Positions 26,279 through 32,000 of a DNA stretch of 32,000 nucleotides are shown here, one piece after another; position 1 is the first letter of the stretch; the number at the start of each line of letters is the position of its first letter. The notes under the pieces were generated by a model. The model was not told where the DNA came from, did not search any database, and saw nothing but the letters and a program-made list of their open reading frames with translations. This DNA comes from Nostoc sp. MS1 (lineage in GTDB: Bacteria > Cyanobacteriota > Cyanobacteriia > Cyanobacteriales > Nostocaceae): assembly GCF_019976755.1 (NCBI RefSeq), contig NZ_AP023441.1, forward strand, positions 3,678,919-3,710,918, given 5' to 3'. Both the position numbers and the translations under genes were made by a program.

Positions 26279-27022
26279 CTAGACGATTACACGATCAACG
26301 GTTCCCAAAGCTTCTACTAAGCCGCGTACAGCCGCAATCATAGCTACTTCACTATTGAGTTGGTTGATGGCAGAACCGACACCAACACCAGCAGCACCAG
26401 CCGCGATCGCCAACGGTGCGGTAACGTTAGAAATGCCGGAAGCACACAATACTGGTACTGACACAGCACGAGAAATTTCATAAGCTGCGGCCAAGGTGGG
26501 GGCAGCTTTTTCAATTAACCCCAAGCTTCCGGGGTGGGTAGGCTGGCTGCTAGTACCGCCTTCAGTTTGGATAATATCTGCTCCAGCCTTAACTAGTTCT
26601 TCGGCTAACTGTACCTGTTGATCTAGTTTGAGAATGTGGGGAACAGTCACAGATAGGGTAATTTCTGCTAACGAAGCACGGGTTTGTTTTGTTAACGCTA
26701 GGACTTCTTCAGCCTCAAATCTGCGTCCTTGAGCGTAGAAAGAATCGAAGTTACCAATTTCAATTAAATCTGCACCAGCCTCTACTGCTAAGACAAATTT
26801 TTCTGGTTCTACTGCTGAGACACAAACTGGTAGAGTGATCAATCTTTTAACTAGCTGAACCAAATCAGCATCGGCGGCGATATCTACAAAAGTTGCACCA
26901 CCCAGTTCAGCAGCTTTTACAATAGCTGCGACGTGATTAGCGTCAAAGTTGTTCAAACCGCTAATTACTTTCAGTACGCGGTGGTTGGTGAATGCACGTT
27001 GCAGTGTCGAAGGCATTGCCAT
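26279..27022 (-). CDS. Ycf23-like DUF561 (TIM-barrel) protein
   Basis: 247-aa ORF. The N-terminal LKVISGLNNFD motif and alternating beta-alpha pattern are typical of cyanobacterial and plastid Ycf23. Confidence 0.78.
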   Translation of the reverse strand: MAMPSTLQRAFTNHRVLKVISGLNNFDANHVAAIVKAAELGGATFVDIAADADLVQLVKRLITLPVCVSAVEPEKFVLAVEAGADLIEIGNFDSFYAQGRRFEAEEVLALTKQTRASLAEITLSVTVPHILKLDQQVQLAEELVKAGADIIQTEGGTSSQPTHPGSLGLIEKAAPTLAAAYEISRAVSVPVLCASGISNVTAPLAIAAGAAGVGVGSAINQLNSEVAMIAAVRGLVEALGTVDRVIV

Positions 27023-27173
27023 AATTATTCTGTTGAAGCTACGAAAATTAGGTTTATTTTACCGCCCCTCAGATGACGACAGCACTAAATTTATCTAAAA
27101 AAGAGTGGGCGATCGCCACCGCAAGAAGTACCATAACATTCAAATCGGCGATTTTATCTGAGCATTTTTACCA

Positions 27174-27605
27174 ATGACTATTTATTTCTACACAACTGGC
27201 GAACAATACGGTTGTTTTTCTAACTTTTCATCTCACGGATTTGTATTAGATGATTTGTATTGGTTCACCAGTGAACATTACTTTCAATCCCAAAAGTTTT
27301 TAGGCACACCTCATGTAGAACAGATTCGTTTAGTAAAATCACCAAAAGAAGCTGCCAAAATGGGACGAGAGAGAACTCGCCCTTTACGTCCAGATTGGTC
27401 AGAAGTTAAAGACGATATCATGCGGAAGGCGGTGTTACGCAAATTTGCAACTCATGCTGATATTAAGGAAATTCTGCTGTCAACTGGCGATGAAGAAATT
27501 GTTGAGAACTCTCCCATCGATTACTACTGGGGTTGTGGAGCCGATGGTAGTGGTAAAAATATGTTAGGCATAATTTTGATGGAAACTCGTGAAATATTAC
27601 GCTAA
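27174..27605 (+). CDS. NADAR (DUF1768, YbiA-like) family protein
   Basis: 143-aa ORF with the motifs YGCFSNFS, SEHYFQSQKF and DYYWGCGADGSGKNMLGIILMETR. Confidence 0.8.
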   Translation: MTIYFYTTGEQYGCFSNFSSHGFVLDDLYWFTSEHYFQSQKFLGTPHVEQIRLVKSPKEAAKMGRERTRPLRPDWSEVKDDIMRKAVLRKFATHADIKEILLSTGDEEIVENSPIDYYWGCGADGSGKNMLGIILMETREILR

Positions 27606-27858
27606 ATTAAAAATGTTAAAGTTAAATAATATACCAGTAATTTTGAAGTTTCCAATCATTGTAGAGGCTGATAATTAAGTGATATAATGATTTCATAGCA
27701 CGAAGATAGTCTATTCTCCATTACAGTGGTAGTAAAAGTTACTAATCTTCGGTTAACACATTCTTAATTTCTGCTCCATATGCTGGCTCACATACACAAG
27801 CATATTCTTTTGGAGTACCTTGAGAATATGAGTCTCTATATTTAGGAGTAGAGCAATT

Positions 27859-28170
27859 ATGTTTTCAACAAAAGAGCAAAAAAGATATTGTAAATGGTTT
27901 TGGGATGAAACCCTTGGGGGAGAGTTCGATACTTGGGGAACTAGTACCTACTTTATGGAAGTAACGCAGGTAGGGAATGATTTATGTCCTACCCGACAAA
28001 TAGAGGTTTACGAAAATGGTAATGTCTTATCCTATGATGACAACCATTTTGCTGATAATTACGGGATGTTGTGTGATAAACCTTTAAATAAAGCAGATTT
28101 ACAAGAATTTGGCATTACAAAGGCAGAATTTGAACAAATTTGGAATACAAAAACACCAATAAATAGATGA
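27859..28170 (+). CDS. Small hypothetical protein (possibly DUF6881-like)
   Basis: 103-aa ORF with a GGAG ribosome-binding site about 10 nt upstream (taggagtagagcaattATG). The pattern RQIEVYENGNVLSYDD...ITKAEFEQIWN resembles what I remember of DUF6881, but the assignment is weak. Confidence 0.5.
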   Translation: MFSTKEQKRYCKWFWDETLGGEFDTWGTSTYFMEVTQVGNDLCPTRQIEVYENGNVLSYDDNHFADNYGMLCDKPLNKADLQEFGITKAEFEQIWNTKTPINR

Positions 28171-28204
28171 CCCTGATAAGGTGAAGCTAATCACTATGAT
28201 GCTT

Positions 28205-28873
28205 CTAGCTAGGGGAAGTCCAACTGCGTTTAGCAGTCCAATGGCGATCGCTTGACTGATAAATCTGCACACCCACCAACCCTGCTGTTATAATCAATTG
28301 ACCAACCTCCTCTAAAGTCAGGGCAGCATGGAGGGAGTCACGAAATAATTTTTTTTGATAATCGTCGTATTCGTCACCAATAGTAGATACTAAAGCATCC
28401 ATAGTTACTTCATCTTCCGGCCGGAATAAGTCACGGATAAAAATGCCGCCATGAGGTTTACAGACGCGCTTGATTTCTGAGAAGAAAGGTAAAGGATCAG
28501 GTAAGTGATGAACTAGGCTATTAGAGATAACTAAATCAAACATTCCATCTTCATAAGGTAAACGTTTCGCATCCACCAGTTCCAAACGCAAGCGTTCTTG
28601 CAACCCAGCTTGCTGGACATGCTGTGCTGCAATTTGCAGCATATTTTCAGCCATATCAATTGCTATTAAATGCCACTGAGGCTTTTTCTGACATATTAAA
28701 ACCGGAATACGACCAGGGCCAGTACCCACATCCAAAACTAAACCCTGTCCTTGTGGCCCGAAAGTTATAGCTTCTTCAGCAAAAGCATTATTTATTTCAG
28801 TAAAGTCCATTGCATCGTATTCACTAGCTTCTTCCCAGCTATCCATCACTTCCGGCTCTAATTGTCTTTCCAT
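28205..28873 (-). CDS. Class I SAM-dependent methyltransferase
   Basis: 222-aa ORF with motif I VLDVGTGPGRIP, post-I IAIDMAENML and FDLVISNSLVHHL. Confidence 0.85.
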   Translation of the reverse strand: MERQLEPEVMDSWEEASEYDAMDFTEINNAFAEEAITFGPQGQGLVLDVGTGPGRIPVLICQKKPQWHLIAIDMAENMLQIAAQHVQQAGLQERLRLELVDAKRLPYEDGMFDLVISNSLVHHLPDPLPFFSEIKRVCKPHGGIFIRDLFRPEDEVTMDALVSTIGDEYDDYQKKLFRDSLHAALTLEEVGQLIITAGLVGVQIYQSSDRHWTAKRSWTSPS

Positions 28874-29030
28874 TGCTAATTCCTACATACACCTGGCATA
28901 AGTCAAAATTAGCAAGAAAAAGGAAACTAGAGCTAGAGATTATTATTAGGTATTCATTGCACCAATATTGAAACAACCTGGGAATTTTGGGGAACACTAA
29001 AGATGTCATCCCAGCTAACAGGAATGGTCA

Positions 29031-30113
29031 ATGTCACACGGTGAAGGGAACAACAACACTAACAACAGAGTTCCTGCGCAAGTTGCCAAATACTTAAAAC
29101 AGGTAAAGCGCAACACAATTACCCATGAGTTTGGCCAAGGCGTGCCGAAAGAATTACTGACTTCCCAAGAAAACGATAACCATTCATCAGAAGCAGCCAA
29201 GTTACTACGGCAAGGAATGCAACAGCAGCAAGCTGGGGATTTGATAGCAGCCATCAAGTCTTTAGAACAATCTTTAGAGATGTTTCAGTTAGCTGGGAAT
29301 ACACAACAGCAACAACAAGTCCTTTCTTTACTGGCATTAATAGCTTACACCTCTGGAGACTATAGAAGCGTTATTTCTTACTGTCAAAAGTGCTTATCTA
29401 TCAAAGATAAACCAGACCTAACAGTCAAAATGCAGGTATTGTCTCATATAGGTAATGCTTACCGCCATCTCAACGACCATAACAAAGCTAGTGAATTTCT
29501 TGAAGCCTGTTTGCAACTAACTCAACAGTTACAAGATAAGCGTAGTCAGGTAGCAGCCTTAAATAATTTAGGATTGGTATACAAAGCCTCTGGTAATTTT
29601 ACTCAAGCGATAGAGTATCAAGAGCAAAGCCTGAAAATTGTCCAAGAACTCAAAGATAACTGGGGAATAGAACAGGTTTTGAAAAATTTGGGCAATACTT
29701 GGTATGCTTTGGACAACTACCCAAAAGCGATCGCCTACTACGAAAAATGTGTCAAAATCTCACTTAGCCTCAATAATCCTCGTAGTGCGGCTCAAGTATT
29801 AAAAAATTTAGGGAATGCTTGCTATGCAATAGGTGATTATGCCAAAGCAATTAAATATTATGAAAAACGTTTGCAATTAGCTAGAGAACTCAAAGATCAG
29901 CGTAGTGAAGAACAATCTCTTGGTACTTTAGGAGTTGCTTGTGAAGCTCTAGGAGACCACAGCAAAGCCATAATATATTATGAAGCACGCTTGTTGTTAG
30001 CTAGAAGCCTTAAAGACAAGCGGATTGAAGAACAAGCTCTCGCTAGCCTTAAAATTGCCTGCTATGCGTTAGGAGATTACGCCAAAGCAATGCAATATCA
30101 ACAAGGGACGTAA
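29031..30113 (+). CDS. TPR repeat protein
   Basis: 360-aa ORF with about seven 40-aa units of the form NLGNAYYALGDYAKAIxYYEKxLxLAxELKDxRxE. Confidence 0.8.
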   Translation: MSHGEGNNNTNNRVPAQVAKYLKQVKRNTITHEFGQGVPKELLTSQENDNHSSEAAKLLRQGMQQQQAGDLIAAIKSLEQSLEMFQLAGNTQQQQQVLSLLALIAYTSGDYRSVISYCQKCLSIKDKPDLTVKMQVLSHIGNAYRHLNDHNKASEFLEACLQLTQQLQDKRSQVAALNNLGLVYKASGNFTQAIEYQEQSLKIVQELKDNWGIEQVLKNLGNTWYALDNYPKAIAYYEKCVKISLSLNNPRSAAQVLKNLGNACYAIGDYAKAIKYYEKRLQLARELKDQRSEEQSLGTLGVACEALGDHSKAIIYYEARLLLARSLKDKRIEEQALASLKIACYALGDYAKAMQYQQGT

Positions 30114-30189
30114 ATAATTACTAATTCGTAACGATGCTCCGCCCCGCTACGCTAACGTAATTCGTAATTAAAGAGGGTATAGCAAAATA

Positions 30190-30211
30190 CCCGACTTATG
30201 AAAAAATCGGG
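30190..30211. terminator. Weak stem-loop between convergent genes
   Basis: The stem pairs CCCGAcTT with AAaTCGGG (5 GC-rich pairs plus 2 AT pairs). It is flanked by A/T-rich sequence on both sides. Confidence 0.3.
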
Positions 30212-30240
30212 CATTTATAATCTATGCTTTTACCGTTTAA

Positions 30241-30681
30241 TTACTTGTTAAAAGCGTCTTTGATGTTATCAATAGTACGCTCAACGGCATTGAGGTTGTT
30301 GTCTACTGCTCTTTCTGTACGCGCAGCATCTTCGTCGGCTCTTCTTTGAATGCGAGACGCATCTTTGTTAGCTTTGCGCTCTACAGCACTACCAGTTTCG
30401 TCTGCATCATTGACACGGTTAGCATTTGATCTAGCTGCATCTTTAACTGTAGATTTTGTGTCGCGGATGAACTCTTTGGATTTTTCGCGTAAACCTTCGG
30501 TAGCGTCAGAAGAGGCGATTAAATATGTAGAGGTTCCAGCCATCGCTGAGGTATTAGCGAAAAATGTACCTTGCCAAACGAAAGCGATCGCAGATAAACA
30601 AAATACGGCTGTAGCTATCCAACGTCCTAAACCTGAGAACTTTTTCATAAAATTATTCAGTTCCATAGAATCATTAAGCAT
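30241..30681 (-). CDS. Hypothetical membrane-anchored or secreted protein with a highly charged helical C-terminal region
   Basis: 146-aa ORF with a hydrophobic segment (WIATAVFCLSAIAFVW) followed by K/R/D/E/A-rich repeats (ERKANKDASRIQRRADEDAARTERAV). The start may instead be ATG 30648 (MKKFSGLG). Confidence 0.55.
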   Translation of the reverse strand: MLNDSMELNNFMKKFSGLGRWIATAVFCLSAIAFVWQGTFFANTSAMAGTSTYLIASSDATEGLREKSKEFIRDTKSTVKDAARSNANRVNDADETGSAVERKANKDASRIQRRADEDAARTERAVDNNLNAVERTIDNIKDAFNK

Positions 30682-30957
30682 TCTATTTTTACTGTATCTA
30701 GCTCATCAGCCATATCGTTCTCTAGGCTGAGGTTTGATTGTCAAAAGTGATTAGATAAAATCGCTCTTTTAATAGATTGATTGAATAAACTCGATATTTT
30801 AAATTAGTTTTATTTACAGATTTTAATATATATAAACCTATAAGTTTTTTTATGTATAAATTTAAGTAACTCTATAGTTATAAATATAGGGTAGGCATAA
30901 TGCCCACCCTAAAAAATAGAGAATTTCCTTTGAGAAAATCTCCATGTCAAAACAGAA

Positions 30958-32000
30958 TTAACCTACAGTAGATGGTTGCTTCTGAAAGTAAGCTTCTATT
31001 ACTCTTTCTGCAATTTGACGACCAGTTAAGCCTAATTCTGCCTTAGATTCTTCTGGAGTAGCGTGTTCCACCAACACATCAGGAATACCGATGCGCTTGA
31101 TAGGAACTAAAACATCAGCATCTAATAAGGCTTCTGCAACTGCGGAACCAAAGCCGCCCATGACACACCCTTCTTCGAGGGTGACGACTTTGCCGATTTT
31201 CTTAGCCAAAGGCAGAATTAATTCTGTGTCCAAGGGTTTCACAAACCGAGCATTAATTACAGTTGCTTCAATGCCATGTTCACTGAGAATTTCCGCCGCC
31301 TGCATACTGGGGTAAACCATTGTGCCGTAGCCAATGAGTAACACATCGTCACCGTTGCGGAGAATTTCGCCTTTACCGATTTCCAAAGGTTCCCAACCTT
31401 CTTCCATCAGAGGGACACCATAGCCATTACCGCGAGGGAAACGCATAGCGATCGCACCATCGGTATAGTTAATACCAGTGACTATCATGCTTTGGAGTTC
31501 GGCTTCGTCTTTAGGAGCCATCAGCACAATGTTGGGAATGCAGCGCAGATAGGCAATATCATACATACCTTGATGGGTGGGGCCATCAGAACCCACAATG
31601 CCAGCCCGATCCAAACAGAAAAATACTGGTAAATTTTGGATACAGACATCATGGATAATTTGGTCGTATGCCCGTTGCAAGAAAGTAGAGTAGATGGCGG
31701 CGACGGGACGCATCCCTTCAGTCGCCAACCCCGCAGCTAGAGTGACAGCGTGTTGTTCAGCGATACCCACATCAATATATTGATTGGGCAGTTTGGCTTG
31801 CAACTTATCTAAACCTGTTCCTGTCGCCATAGCCGCAGTAATCCCGATAATTTTCGGGTTTTGTTCGGCAAGCTTCACTAGGGTATGAGAGAAGACTTTG
31901 GCATAGGAAGGAGGTTTGGGTTTGCTGGAAGGAATTGCTTTACCAGTTGTCAGATTAAAAGGAGTTTGGGCGTGATAGCCTACTTGGTCTTTTTCGGCGA
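30958..32000 (-). CDS. dxs: 1-deoxy-D-xylulose-5-phosphate synthase, C-terminal part; the gene continues beyond the window end
   Basis: The ORF stays open to position 32000. The upstream translation reads [46 protein letters not shown]. It is followed by [38 protein letters not shown] and the C-terminal transketolase-like domain. Confidence 0.92.
   Translation of the reverse strand, partial: AEKDQVGYHAQTPFNLTTGKAIPSSKPKPPSYAKVFSHTLVKLAEQNPKIIGITAAMATGTGLDKLQAKLPNQYIDVGIAEQHAVTLAAGLATEGMRPVAAIYSTFLQRAYDQIIHDVCIQNLPVFFCLDRAGIVGSDGPTHQGMYDIAYLRCIPNIVLMAPKDEAELQSMIVTGINYTDGAIAMRFPRGNGYGVPLMEEGWEPLEIGKGEILRNGDDVLLIGYGTMVYPSMQAAEILSEHGIEATVINARFVKPLDTELILPLAKKIGKVVTLEEGCVMGGFGSAVAEALLDADVLVPIKRIGIPDVLVEHATPEESKAELGLTGRQIAERVIEAYFQKQPSTVG

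Noticed and set aside
27740-27860. Minus-strand frame encoding a Cys-containing peptide (..KEYACVCEPAYGAEIKNVLTED) upstream of the 103-aa gene
   Set aside because: The frame is closed by a TGA immediately upstream and contains no ATG, GTG or TTG start.
22700-31315. Remaining short ORFs overlapping stronger genes (22700-22906 +, 24494-24766 +, 25197-25430 -, 25925-26137 -, 29015-29257 -, 30350-30730 +, 31091-31315 +)
   Set aside because: Each lies antisense to, or out of frame within, a longer ORF with recognisable family motifs or better coding character.
1-32000. Search for mobile elements, prophage genes, tRNA or rRNA
   Set aside because: I recognised no transposase, integrase or phage structural motifs in any frame. 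I found no long terminal inverted repeats and no tRNA-like T-arm/acceptor patterns. The AT-rich island at 19030-21995 lacks flanking direct repeats that I could detect by eye.

Overview
The window looks like a chromosomal segment from a filamentous, heterocyst-forming cyanobacterium (Nostocales-like). The evidence is many HIP1 palindromes (GCGATCGC, e.g. 2032-2039 and 11124-11131) and numerous short tandem heptamer repeats (STRR type, e.g. CAACAGT) at gene boundaries. I support about 25 protein-coding genes and found no rRNA, tRNA, CRISPR array, transposase or integrase.

Gene content is mostly housekeeping or envelope-related:
- a GT2-GtrA fusion plus a GT-C membrane glycosyltransferase pair
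- a fused PabA-PabB aminodeoxychorismate synthase
- holA
- a copper P1B-type ATPase
- class I aldolase fbaB
- a FetB-like permease
- a DegT-family aminotransferase
- a Ycf23-like protein
- a NADAR protein
- a SAM-dependent methyltransferase
- several TPR proteins
- the 3' part of dxs, which runs off the right edge of the window

The most unusual locus is 11808-14924. It encodes an NLR-like STAND NTPase (NB-ARC plus about eleven near-identical 42-residue TPR units). Its predicted N-terminal helical domain is separated from the NTPase by a single in-frame TGA. A strictly 21-bp-phased degenerate repeat array follows directly downstream.

Other points worth a second look:
- heptamer repeat tracts embedded in frame inside the copper ATPase gene
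- a visibly AT-rich two-gene island (LemA plus a TPR-TM-DUF3137-like protein)
- a palindrome abutting the -10 box of the ATPase promoter

All calls rest on reading the sequence and on remembered family motifs. No database search was run.
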